39,071 bases of DNA from Candidatus Magasanikbacteria bacterium RIFOXYD2_FULL_41_14 (lineage in GTDB: Bacteria; Patescibacteriota; Patescibacteriia; Magasanikbacterales; GWA2-37-8). The notes beneath the pieces are model-generated. The model was not told the DNA's origin. It did no database searches and was given only the letters and a program-made list of their open reading frames with translations. The stretch's first letter is position 1, and each line of letters begins with the position of its first letter. A program made the translations under genes and the position numbers. The stretch is taken from assembly GCA_001784475.1 (NCBI GenBank), contig MFRE01000005.1, forward strand, positions 31,649-70,719, read 5' to 3'. Below, in pieces: positions 1 through 8,651 of this stretch.

Positions 1-771
1 AGTGAATTTCGCAGTATGGAAAGAATTGATGAATATGGCGCTAGCAGTGTTGCGTCAACTTGGCAAAGTAACCAAGGCCCCCGCTTTACTCCACGCACTT
101 ATGGTGGTTCCATGGTTTATGGTTCGCCCCGTGATAACAATATCGGTACAATAGCGCTAATTGGCAATCAATTGGAAAATGAATTAACCCTAACCGCCGC
201 TAATAGCCCATATCTTTTAAGTGCCTATACTATTCCCGCTGGTAAAAAATTAATTATTGGCCCGGGAGCAGTGTTAAAAAGTTATAATAACGATTCTAGC
301 ATCACTGTTTTAGGCACGCTAGAAATGACCGCGACTGCCGATAATCCGGCGATTTTTACTTCCGGTCGCGATCAATCTTTCAGTACGGATGAATTAAATA
401 AATTTATTGGTACTTATAGTATTGATAGCACCTCTCAAGCCAAAGATTGGCAGGGAATGAGATTTAAGTCCGGCAGTACCGGCGTGATTAATAACGCCAT
501 TATTCGTTATGCCGGCAATAATTATTATCCGAACGGGTATATTTATACTTTATCGGTTTCCGAAGCGATTCGGGTAGAAACCGCGACTGTTAGTGTTACC
601 AATTCCACTTTATCTAATGATGGCATGACCTTCATCCGCGCTTTAGACAATTCCGCTCTGACTGTTCAAAATTCTATTTTCAACACCGGTACTACTGCCA
701 TTAAAATTGATAGTAGTAGTACAGCCAATATATCAGATAATCAATATAATGACATTGCGCCCGGGGTTTGA
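1..771 (+). CDS. 5'-partial exported/surface protein, C-terminal right-handed beta-helix region
   Basis: Frame is open from base 1 (agt gaa ttt cgc agt atg), so the ATG at 16 is probably internal. Motifs SPYLL..YTIPAGKKLIIGPGAVLK, PAIFTSGRD, DWQGMRF and INNAIIRYAG are typical of parallel beta-helix surface proteins; Ser/Thr/Asn-rich. Confidence 0.7.
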   Translation, partial: SEFRSMERIDEYGASSVASTWQSNQGPRFTPRTYGGSMVYGSPRDNNIGTIALIGNQLENELTLTAANSPYLLSAYTIPAGKKLIIGPGAVLKSYNNDSSITVLGTLEMTATADNPAIFTSGRDQSFSTDELNKFIGTYSIDSTSQAKDWQGMRFKSGSTGVINNAIIRYAGNNYYPNGYIYTLSVSEAIRVETATVSVTNSTLSNDGMTFIRALDNSALTVQNSIFNTGTTAIKIDSSSTANISDNQYNDIAPGV

Positions 772-780
772 AACAATTAC

Positions 781-789
781 TTATCCACA
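781..789 (+). promoter_or_regulatory. Single perfect DnaA-box nonamer (TTATCCACA)
   Basis: Exact consensus match in an intergenic region, about 45 bp upstream of the -10 box of the next gene; function unproven. Confidence 0.4.
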
Positions 790-806
790 GCTGGATTTAA
801 GATAGG

Positions 807-839
807 TTGTGCCGGGGGGGGGGGCGAGTGTGGTATAAT
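807..839 (+). promoter_or_regulatory. Sigma70-type promoter with extended -10 and a poly-G spacer
   Basis: TG-g-TATAAT at 831-839; weak candidate -35 TTGTGC at 807-812 (spacer 21); G11 at 814-824 lies between them. Confidence 0.65.
814..824. repeat. G11 homopolymer
   Basis: gcc-GGGGGGGGGGG-cgag read directly; other G runs I noticed in the window are 6 or shorter. Confidence 0.9.
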
Positions 840-890
840 ATTATCAACTAACTTTTAATCCATATTTTTTATGGAATTAATTTCAAAATT

Positions 891-3176
891 ATGAATACGG
901 CCGCAACTATGGGAACAACGGATACGTTGACGCGGGTAAAAACCGGAAGCGTCACGAAATTAAAATTAGCAGTCGCCACTCTCGCCGCTGTCCTCGCGGG
1001 CGGGGCGGCGTTTGGTTTTTCACCACCGCCGCGCGGTTCAACTTATTACAACACCGTTTCCTCCTGTCGGGCGATAGCGGGCGGGGTGGCCACCGAAGTT
1101 CAATACACCAATCGTTGTACGGCCGGTAAAAATTATACTTATGTTTGTTTAAACGATAATACTTATCGTTTGATTTGGCGTTCGCCTTGCGCGGGCACGC
1201 CCACGAGCGCGAGCCCCAGTCCGGTTGATACTTTTGTTAATGGCACCTGTCGTCAATTACCAAATGGTATTGTCGTGACGGAAAATTATTTAACTAAATG
1301 TTCCGGTACTAATAAATATACTTATAGTTGCTATTCTCCCACGCGTTTAAAAACAACCAACACTGCTTGTACGGCCACAGCGCCTTATTGCTTAGATACG
1401 GATGGTGGTTTAAATTTTACCACGCGCGCTACGGTTGGTATGTCCAACCCCCGTACCGGTGCTTTTATTTCTGCCGGTATAGACACCTGTGTTGGTAATA
1501 TGGCAAAAGAGGGGAGTTGTATCGGTGGTTCCCCGAGGTTTAGCACCACTTCGTGCCCGTCTAATTTTACTTGTGGCACTACTCCCTCCACAGCGGGCCG
1601 ATGTGTGTACAATAGCCCCAATCGTTGCGTGGATTTGGATAGTGGCGTTGACCAATATACCGCTTCATCCGCTCGTTTGATTAGTTTAAGCAATGGCACT
1701 GTTGTGAGCGAACAAGCGGATAGTTGTTTAGCTGATTCCGCTTTATCCGGTTATGTGAAAGAAGCGTTTTGCGATGGCAACAATATCGCCTTTGTTACTA
1801 GCACTTGCGCGGCGGGCGAGGCCTGTAATGCCGGCAAGTGCGCGCCATTACCACAAGGCACTTTAGATGTTTTATTGCAACCAAATACCGGGCTTTATCA
1901 GGCTCACGCGGTTGGTTCATTTTTTAATAATTCAATAATATATAGTGAGATCACCATTGGTTTATTAGCGCGCAATGAACCGGTACGAATTAATCGGGTA
2001 TTAATTAAAATTAACGCCAGCCCGGGTGATCAAGTGGCCAACGATTATCAGTCAATTCAATTATATAACGGGTCAACAGTGCCATTGGGCAGTGTTACGC
2101 CTACGGTAGTGGATATTCCCGGCGTTGGACCGTCAGTGGTTGCTGATTTTAACAACTTAAATTTTGTTGTATATACGACCACTTCCACCGCTACTAATAC
2201 TGCTTCTTTACCGGTGAGATTTGCCTTCAATAGTTTGGGTGATTCGGCGCTTGAGTCCGGCACCAGCCCGCTTATGTCTTTTGGCACTGGTGGTAACGCG
2301 CAAGATTCAGTGTTTATTGAAGCCGAAGGTGTTAACAGTGGTGTCCGATTAAGCAATGACCAAATTAATGGTGCTGCTTCATCTTCATTTAAAGGGGTGG
2401 GGCGAATGCATTATGTGCTTTATAAATCAATCCCGACGCTTAGCTTGGGGTCTGGTTTTTCACCAATTCTTACTAATAATAGTGAAAATATATTATCAAA
2501 GTTTAGAATTTACGCTTCCAGTCGTGGCCCAATCGCGCTTAAACAGCTGGCGTTTAAATTAGATCTGATTGATAGTGGTACTTTTGATCCGATTTCGGCC
2601 TCTTGGTTTAAATTATATAGAAATTCAACTGATATTTCTGATTTGGTATATTTTAACCGTATTGATCCAGGCACAGGGGCAGTGGTTCGTTTGAGCAGTG
2701 AAGCGTCCGCTCCCACCAGTTCTCGCTTTATCACTGCCGGCGACAATCAAACGCTTTATGTGGTGTGGCGTGATTCCGGTGAGGAAGTAGTACCGTCCGG
2801 CTCTAGTGTTGATTATCAGCTGAAAGCTACTTTATCTGGTTTTAATCACTCCGCTGATAATGATTTAATCCGGACCAAATTATTAGTAGATAACGTAGAA
2901 TTAACGCAAGTGGACGGTTTAGAGCCAAGATATTTAGATGTTTGGTCTGGTGGTACGTGCGAGGATGACCGTATTGGTATAATAGGCCTCCAAAGTTTAA
3001 ATGGTATCAGCTCCGGTCTGTCGCCGGTTACTTCCGCGGCAACATTCGTCTGGTCTGATATGAGCGCTGAACCTCACAGCGCCGCAATGTCCACCTGTTC
3101 CGGAGTCTTGTCTTCCGGTGATTGGTTTAATTCCATTGGTATTACCGGTCCAGTTTACCAAACAATCGTTAATTAG
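891..3176 (+). CDS. Exported Cys-rich repeat surface protein with a beta-rich, S-layer-like C-terminal region
   Basis: Basic plus hydrophobic N-terminal segment (KLKLAVATLAAVLAGGAAFGF); 20 Cys in aa 59-317 arranged as 2+2 repeats including CxDxDxG; Ser/Thr-rich beta-strand C-terminal half. Confidence 0.7.
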   Translation: MNTAATMGTTDTLTRVKTGSVTKLKLAVATLAAVLAGGAAFGFSPPPRGSTYYNTVSSCRAIAGGVATEVQYTNRCTAGKNYTYVCLNDNTYRLIWRSPCAGTPTSASPSPVDTFVNGTCRQLPNGIVVTENYLTKCSGTNKYTYSCYSPTRLKTTNTACTATAPYCLDTDGGLNFTTRATVGMSNPRTGAFISAGIDTCVGNMAKEGSCIGGSPRFSTTSCPSNFTCGTTPSTAGRCVYNSPNRCVDLDSGVDQYTASSARLISLSNGTVVSEQADSCLADSALSGYVKEAFCDGNNIAFVTSTCAAGEACNAGKCAPLPQGTLDVLLQPNTGLYQAHAVGSFFNNSIIYSEITIGLLARNEPVRINRVLIKINASPGDQVANDYQSIQLYNGSTVPLGSVTPTVVDIPGVGPSVVADFNNLNFVVYTTTSTATNTASLPVRFAFNSLGDSALESGTSPLMSFGTGGNAQDSVFIEAEGVNSGVRLSNDQINGAASSSFKGVGRMHYVLYKSIPTLSLGSGFSPILTNNSENILSKFRIYASSRGPIALKQLAFKLDLIDSGTFDPISASWFKLYRNSTDISDLVYFNRIDPGTGAVVRLSSEASAPTSSRFITAGDNQTLYVVWRDSGEEVVPSGSSVDYQLKATLSGFNHSADNDLIRTKLLVDNVELTQVDGLEPRYLDVWSGGTCEDDRIGIIGLQSLNGISSGLSPVTSAATFVWSDMSAEPHSAAMSTCSGVLSSGDWFNSIGITGPVYQTIVN

Positions 3177-3189
3177 GCGACAGATATTA

Positions 3190-3218
3190 TTGACCTTTTA
3201 GTAGAATTTTAGTATAAT
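3190..3218 (+). promoter_or_regulatory. Near-consensus sigma70 promoter of the glycan cluster
   Basis: TTGACC (3190-3195), 17-bp spacer, TATAAT (3213-3218), 40 bp upstream of the ATG at 3259. Confidence 0.8.
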
Positions 3219-3249
3219 AAATAGCGCTTATAAGCGCTATTTATTATAC
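3212..3249. repeat. Perfect 38-bp palindrome
   Basis: GTATAATAAATAGCGCTTA|TAAGCGCTATTTATTATAC; the two 19-bp arms are exact reverse complements. Confidence 0.95.
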
Positions 3250-3258
3250 ATTTTATTT

Positions 3259-5349
3259 ATGAAACGAAGCTTGGAAACAGCTGTCAAAGTTTTAATTTAC
3301 GTCACTTTTTTAGTGCCGCTCGTGGTTTTGCCCACTTCTTTTATTTTTCCTTTTATTGTTCCCAAGATTTTGCTGTTTCGCTCGTTAGTAACTATTATGC
3401 TTGGTGCTTACGCCCTGCTTTTATTTATCAATTGGCAAGAATATAAACCGAAATTTACTGCCTTAAATTTAGTGGTAGTGGCTTTTTTACTGAGCTTCGC
3501 CATTTCAACTTTTGTTGGCACTGACCCTTATCATAGTTTTTGGGATAATCACGAGCGCATGTTGGGGCTGTTCACTCTTTTTCACTATGTGGCTTATTAT
3601 TTTATCGCCACTTCAGTATTTAAAAATTGGACCGACTGGAAGTGGGCGTTGATTGCTTTTTTAGGGGCTGGCTCAATTGTCATGTTGATTGGAGTTTTGC
3701 AAAAAATAGTTGATCCTAATTTGCTGTTAAATCAAGGGTCCACCCGTGTGGCCAGCACTTTAGGTAATGCGATTTATGTCGGTGGATACGGCTTGTTTTT
3801 ATGTTTTGTCAGTTATTTGTTGTATGTAAAAGAAAAAAATACTGTTGCCAAGGTGGTTTTGTCCATTGCCGCGGTTTTGGCCGTCCTTGGTCTTTTTTAT
3901 AGTGGTACCCGCGGTTCAATGTTGGGTTTACTGGCCGGTTTTGGTACTGCTATTGTTGGTTATGCGCTTGTTTTAAAAGATAAAAAAATACGAATAATAT
4001 TGTCGGTGTTTGCTGGTTTGGTAGTAGTAGCGGTGGCATTATTGGTAGCATTTAGGACCACAGATTTTGTAAAAAATATGCCGGCAGTTGGGCGAGCCGT
4101 TAACACTTCGTTTGCGGATATCAAAGATAGTCCGCGTTGGATTGCTTGGGAAATTGCGGTTGAGTCCTGGCAAGAGCGACCGTTTTTTGGTTGGGGACCG
4201 AATAATTATTTTTATGCGTTTAACAAATATTATCAGGCACGCTCTTTGGAGTTTGGCTATGGTGAGACCTGGTTTGACAACGCTCATAATATTATTGTTA
4301 ATACCTTGGCGGTGCAGGGCATTTTTGGCATTATTTCCTATTTGGGAATTTTTGCCATTGGTATTTTTACTTTAATTTACGCCCGGCGGCGTGGGGGATT
4401 GGAAGCGCACATCACTGTCGTAGGCGCGGCTTTTTTGGTGGCGCACTTAGTGGGTAATGTGACTGTATTTGAAAACCCCACCTCTTATTTATATTTTATG
4501 TTTTGGCTGGCAATGGTTAACGCTTTATCAGTTCATATGGGTGAAATCAATCAAAAACCAGCTAAAGTAGCATCAATGGCGTCGCACGCGACTCCAGACA
4601 CTCTGTCGCCCGATGCCGATAAAAAAGTCAAAGTTGGCGCTTTTGTTATTATCGGATCAGTTTGTGCGGTGGTAATTTTTATTTTTAATATCCAACCGGC
4701 CCGGGCCAACATGGGTACTTTAAGTGTCTTGCGTTTATTGGCACAAAGTCCGGCCACTGTTGCTCCAGAGTTAAAAAAAGTTTTTAGTTTTTCTTCTCCG
4801 CATATTGATGATATTAGAAGTGACATCGGACGCAGCGCGGCCCAGACACTTTATAATGGTCGCGCCACTTTAGATCCCGAGGTTAGTAAAGAAATTTGGA
4901 CAATCGTTTACCAAGAATTACAAAAGAATTTAACTTTACATCCTTTGGACATCCGTAATCAAATTTCATTATCTCAACTCGCTCAAATGGGAGCGGAAAT
5001 TATCAGTGACAACCGTCTGTATTTGGAAGCAGAAGGATTTTTAAAGAGTGCTTTAAGTTATTCTCCCGCTCGTCAGCAAATTGTTTATTCTTTGTCTGGT
5101 ATTGAAAGCGCGCTTGGGAAAAATGAAGAAGCAATCAGCATGCTAGATAAAACCATTGTAGCTGATCCAAAGATTGCCGAGGGTTATTGGCGATTGGCGC
5201 TTGTGTACCAGATGTCTGGTCAGGGCGATAAGGCCATGGAAGTAATTAACCGCGCTAATGATAATAAAGTGAAGTGGGACAAACAAGGGGAGAGTGTGGT
5301 GGCGCAAATTTTATTACAGCAACAATCGCAAAATCAAATAAAAAAATAG
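3259..5349 (+). CDS. O-antigen ligase / O-oligosaccharyltransferase (Wzy_C) family membrane protein with C-terminal TPR-like repeats
   Basis: About 12-13 hydrophobic segments; motifs RVASTLGN, SGTRGS, R..AW......W.ERPFFGWG, FDNAHN....LAVQGIFG; helical TPR-like tail (EAISMLDKTIVADPKIAEGYWRLALVY). Confidence 0.85.
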   Translation: MKRSLETAVKVLIYVTFLVPLVVLPTSFIFPFIVPKILLFRSLVTIMLGAYALLLFINWQEYKPKFTALNLVVVAFLLSFAISTFVGTDPYHSFWDNHERMLGLFTLFHYVAYYFIATSVFKNWTDWKWALIAFLGAGSIVMLIGVLQKIVDPNLLLNQGSTRVASTLGNAIYVGGYGLFLCFVSYLLYVKEKNTVAKVVLSIAAVLAVLGLFYSGTRGSMLGLLAGFGTAIVGYALVLKDKKIRIILSVFAGLVVVAVALLVAFRTTDFVKNMPAVGRAVNTSFADIKDSPRWIAWEIAVESWQERPFFGWGPNNYFYAFNKYYQARSLEFGYGETWFDNAHNIIVNTLAVQGIFGIISYLGIFAIGIFTLIYARRRGGLEAHITVVGAAFLVAHLVGNVTVFENPTSYLYFMFWLAMVNALSVHMGEINQKPAKVASMASHATPDTLSPDADKKVKVGAFVIIGSVCAVVIFIFNIQPARANMGTLSVLRLLAQSPATVAPELKKVFSFSSPHIDDIRSDIGRSAAQTLYNGRATLDPEVSKEIWTIVYQELQKNLTLHPLDIRNQISLSQLAQMGAEIISDNRLYLEAEGFLKSALSYSPARQQIVYSLSGIESALGKNEEAISMLDKTIVADPKIAEGYWRLALVYQMSGQGDKAMEVINRANDNKVKWDKQGESVVAQILLQQQSQNQIKK

Positions 5350-5351
5350 TT

Positions 5352-6143
5352 ATGCCACAAGTTAGCGTGTTAATGGCAGTATATAATGGCGAGCGTTATT
5401 TGCGCCAGGCAATTGAGAGCGTGCTTTATCAGACATTCTCTGATTGGGAGTTTGTAATTGTAGATGACGGCTCTACCGATAGTTCGGTCGCGATTTTAAA
5501 TGAATATGCTCAAAAAGATTCGCGTTTTAAAATTATTACAAATCCAAAAAATATTGGGTTGACACGCTCTTTGAATCTTGGCCTTGCGCGCTGTGTCGGG
5601 CAGTATCTTGCGCGTCTGGACGCTGATGATTTGTGCGCGCCCGAGCGTCTGGCCAAACAAGTTGATTATCTTAACAAGCACGCGGAAATTGCCATCTGTG
5701 GCAGTCAGGGCTGGTATATTAGCAGTAGTGGCCAACAAATCGGCGAAAAGAATTTAGCGTTGTCGCCACAAAAAATTAAAGATAAATTATTATATAATAA
5801 TCAGTTAATACACAGCGCTTGGCTCGCGCGTGCGGATATTTTAAATAAAATAGGTCGCTATAATTCTAAATTCACTTATAGCCAAGATTATGAACTGCTC
5901 TTGCGTTTAAGTGGTGCCGGTTATGGGATTGCGAATTTACCAGAGCGTTTGATTAGTTGGCGCGTGCGTCCCGGTTCACTGTCTTGGGGTGGTAAACGGC
6001 AAGAGGGGTGGGCTCTTTTAGCGCGTATTCTGGCTATCGCGCGCTATGGGTTTCCTAAGTGGTCGGGTTTAAGTATTATTTTTATACGTTTGGGGTGGTT
6101 TTTAATTCCTCAAAAATTTAAATTTAAAAGATATGCTAAATAA
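5352..6143 (+). CDS. Glycosyltransferase family 2
   Basis: VSVLMAVYNGERYL, IVDDGSTD, ARLDADD, SQDYEL; start reassigned to the ATG at 5352, just after the upstream stop. Confidence 0.9.
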   Translation: MPQVSVLMAVYNGERYLRQAIESVLYQTFSDWEFVIVDDGSTDSSVAILNEYAQKDSRFKIITNPKNIGLTRSLNLGLARCVGQYLARLDADDLCAPERLAKQVDYLNKHAEIAICGSQGWYISSSGQQIGEKNLALSPQKIKDKLLYNNQLIHSAWLARADILNKIGRYNSKFTYSQDYELLLRLSGAGYGIANLPERLISWRVRPGSLSWGGKRQEGWALLARILAIARYGFPKWSGLSIIFIRLGWFLIPQKFKFKRYAK

Positions 6144-6540
6144 ATATATTTCAGAGCGTAAACAAGTTGTTATTTTAGCCGCGGCGGTGTTGGCCATGGC
6201 TTTGTTTTTTGCCTATGACCAATATGTTGGCTTAGGCCATTATAATCGCTGGACAAAAGTAACCGCCGCAGTTTTTTCCGCCAATCCTTGGGGGGTAGAG
6301 CTGAATGGATATTATAATCGCGTTCATTTATCAAATAATGGAGTTTTGGAAGTATATAATTATCCGGCCGATCCAGAGCCAATTGATTCTGGCACCTGGC
6401 AATATAACAGTGGTGAGTTGCAGTTTGATTTTAGTAGTGCTGTTTTAGATCGTGTTTATAGTAATTTTAAATTTGATCGCGATGGCGTGCTTCATAGTTT
6501 AACTGACGGTAACGAAGAAAAGTGGCATGCCGCTAATTAA
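6133..6540 (+). CDS. Small hypothetical protein, one N-terminal membrane anchor plus a beta-rich domain
   Basis: Overlaps both neighbours (11 and 14 bp); hydrophobic VVILAAAVLAMALFFAY; SGTWQY..GELQF beta motif. Confidence 0.6.
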   Translation: MLNKYISERKQVVILAAAVLAMALFFAYDQYVGLGHYNRWTKVTAAVFSANPWGVELNGYYNRVHLSNNGVLEVYNYPADPEPIDSGTWQYNSGELQFDFSSAVLDRVYSNFKFDRDGVLHSLTDGNEEKWHAAN

Positions 6541-7474
6541 TATGGCAAGTATTGGATTTATTATTCCGACCTTGAATCGGCCTGACGCTTTAAAAAATTT
6601 ATTGGCTTCGTTTGAGTTGCAAATAAATAAACCAGATGAAATAATTATCGTAGAACAAGGTGACGATCGCTCGGCCGATTTGTTGGCGCGATATAATCAT
6701 TTGCCGATTAAATATTTTAAAGTTAATTTTAAATCTTTAACGGCCGCGCGTAATTATGGCGTTGCTCAAAGCACTACCAGTCTGGTTGGTTTTTTAGATG
6801 ATGATATTGTTTTAGCGAGTGATTATGTGGGAAAGACATTGGATTTTTTTGACAATAATCCGGAGGCGCTTGGGGTGCAGGGAGTAATTACTGATTTTGA
6901 AATCGGCCACGCCGCTAAAGTTGGTGGTAATAAATTTATTTATCAATTATATAATTTGTTTGCTAAATTTTTCTTATTGAACAATTCCAGTAGCACCAAC
7001 CGATTGCTCTTGTCCGGTCGCAATCAATATGCCAGTCGGCCGATAGGCACGCAGAATTGCCAGTGGTTAAGCGGTATTGGTATTTATCGGCGCGCGGTTT
7101 TCGCGGACTTTAAATTTGATGAAAAATTGTCCGGCTACGCGCTCGGCGAAGACAAATTATTTTCTTATCCAATTTATCAAAAATTTTCCAAAAGTTTGTT
7201 TGTTGACCCAAAGATTTGCTGTGAGCATCACCATACTTTGGGCGGTCGGCCACAAAATCGCGCCGGGGTGGATATGAAAATCGCCTATACTTATTATCTG
7301 TGGAACAAGCTGTTGCGTAAGCGAACTGGTGCTATCTTTGCTTATTGGTGGGCTAATTTTGGTGATTTGTTGGTGGTATTTTTTTCCGTTATTTTAGTCA
7401 AAAATAGTTTTAAATTTTGGTGGTGGCATTTAGTTAATTATTGGAAAATTTTATGGCACCAGCGGATAATTTAA
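6527..7474 (+). CDS. Glycosyltransferase family 2
   Basis: IIPTLNRPDAL, AARNYG, FLDDD, FDEKL.GYALGED. Confidence 0.9.
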   Translation: MPLINMASIGFIIPTLNRPDALKNLLASFELQINKPDEIIIVEQGDDRSADLLARYNHLPIKYFKVNFKSLTAARNYGVAQSTTSLVGFLDDDIVLASDYVGKTLDFFDNNPEALGVQGVITDFEIGHAAKVGGNKFIYQLYNLFAKFFLLNNSSSTNRLLLSGRNQYASRPIGTQNCQWLSGIGIYRRAVFADFKFDEKLSGYALGEDKLFSYPIYQKFSKSLFVDPKICCEHHHTLGGRPQNRAGVDMKIAYTYYLWNKLLRKRTGAIFAYWWANFGDLLVVFFSVILVKNSFKFWWWHLVNYWKILWHQRII

Positions 7475-8643
7475 ATATATATTTAAATACTAATTTAAAT
7501 ACTGATCCACCTGTCCGACAGGCAGTTTTAAATCATGATGCTTTTGGCAAGTTAAAAAATAAAAAATTGGTTTTATTTTTTACTTATGGGGTAAGCTTGG
7601 ATTTGTGGGAGCGGCGCGGGCTGCTCGCGCGCGAATTGAAATTATATCAAAAATTAGGAGAATATTTTGAAAAAATTTATTTTATAACTTATGGCAGAAT
7701 GGATGGGCGCTTCGCGGCTAAATTAGCGGCTGACAATATCGCGGTTTTGCCGAAAAAATTTCGCTGTCCCAATTTTATTTATTCTTTGATTTTGTCAATT
7801 ATTTATTGGAAAGAATTAAGTGGCGCTGATTTTTACAAAACCAATCAGATGCTTGGTAGTTGGACGGCCGTTATTGCTAAGTGGTTATATAAAAAGAAAT
7901 TAATTGTGAGGACAGGATACTCCTTAAGTTTATTTAGTCAAAAAACGTCATCAATAAAATTTTATTTGTCTAAAGTTATCGAAAAATTTGCGGGAAAATT
8001 TGCTGATATTATTGTGGTAGCGAGCGACAGTGAAAAAATTTTATTTGGTAATAATATAAATAAAGTTACAGTTATTCCGAATTATGTTGATATTGATTTA
8101 TTCAAGCCGTTAGAAAATAAAAAAAATATTAGTAAAGAAATCAGCTTGCTTTCTGTTGGGCGGATGGAGCCACAAAAGAATTTGGGAAATTTATTGCTAG
8201 CTTTAAAAGGTTTGGAAAATATTAAATTAATAATGGTTGGTTTCGGCAGTTTAGAAAATAAATTAAAAAAGATTGTCAAAGATAATAATCTGAACGTAGA
8301 ATTTTTAGGAAATGTACCACACAATGAATTGCCAAAATATTTTAATAATGCCGATATATTTGTTTTGCCCAGCTTATATGAAGGCAATCCCAAAGTATTA
8401 TTAGAAGCAATGGCGTGTGGCATACCGGTGTTAGCAACCAAAGTTGATGGTATTAGTGCTACAGTGACTCATTTACGCGATGCTTTTTTAACAGAAATCG
8501 ATTCGGTTAGTTTACGTGGTGGGATTGAGATTTTATTAAACGATTTGGCGTTGCGAGAAAGAATTGGCCATGGGGCGCGTCAAACAATATTGAATTGTTA
8601 TAGTTTAGACAAAATTATTAATTTAGAATTAAAAAATTATTAA
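7453..8643 (+). CDS. Glycosyltransferase family 4 (GT-B)
   Basis: VIPNYVD, VGRMEPQKN, ADIFVLPSLYEGNPKVLLEAMACG (EX7E). Start uncertain: ATG 7453 or TTG 7567. Confidence 0.9.
   Translation: MAPADNLNIYLNTNLNTDPPVRQAVLNHDAFGKLKNKKLVLFFTYGVSLDLWERRGLLARELKLYQKLGEYFEKIYFITYGRMDGRFAAKLAADNIAVLPKKFRCPNFIYSLILSIIYWKELSGADFYKTNQMLGSWTAVIAKWLYKKKLIVRTGYSLSLFSQKTSSIKFYLSKVIEKFAGKFADIIVVASDSEKILFGNNINKVTVIPNYVDIDLFKPLENKKNISKEISLLSVGRMEPQKNLGNLLLALKGLENIKLIMVGFGSLENKLKKIVKDNNLNVEFLGNVPHNELPKYFNNADIFVLPSLYEGNPKVLLEAMACGIPVLATKVDGISATVTHLRDAFLTEIDSVSLRGGIEILLNDLALRERIGHGARQTILNCYSLDKIINLELKNY
7469..7504. repeat. Three tandem 12-bp units with an ATTTAAAT core
   Basis: atttaaatatat / atttaaatacta / atttaaatactg; 7469-7488 is also a perfect 20-bp palindrome. 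Confidence 0.75.
7510..7525. repeat. Short GC-rich REP-like palindrome
   Basis: CCTGTC-C-GACAGG-CAG inside AT-rich sequence; read in frame as PVRQA. Confidence 0.5.
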
Positions 8644-8651
8644 AAATTCCT

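Noticed and set aside
781-890. Replication origin
   Set aside because: Only one DnaA box, a short gap and no dnaA/dnaN context.
5274-5351. Upstream extensions of called ORFs (also 10096, 17319, 32403, 37057)
   Set aside because: They overlap the previous gene, a promoter or a repeat; family motifs begin at the downstream ATG.
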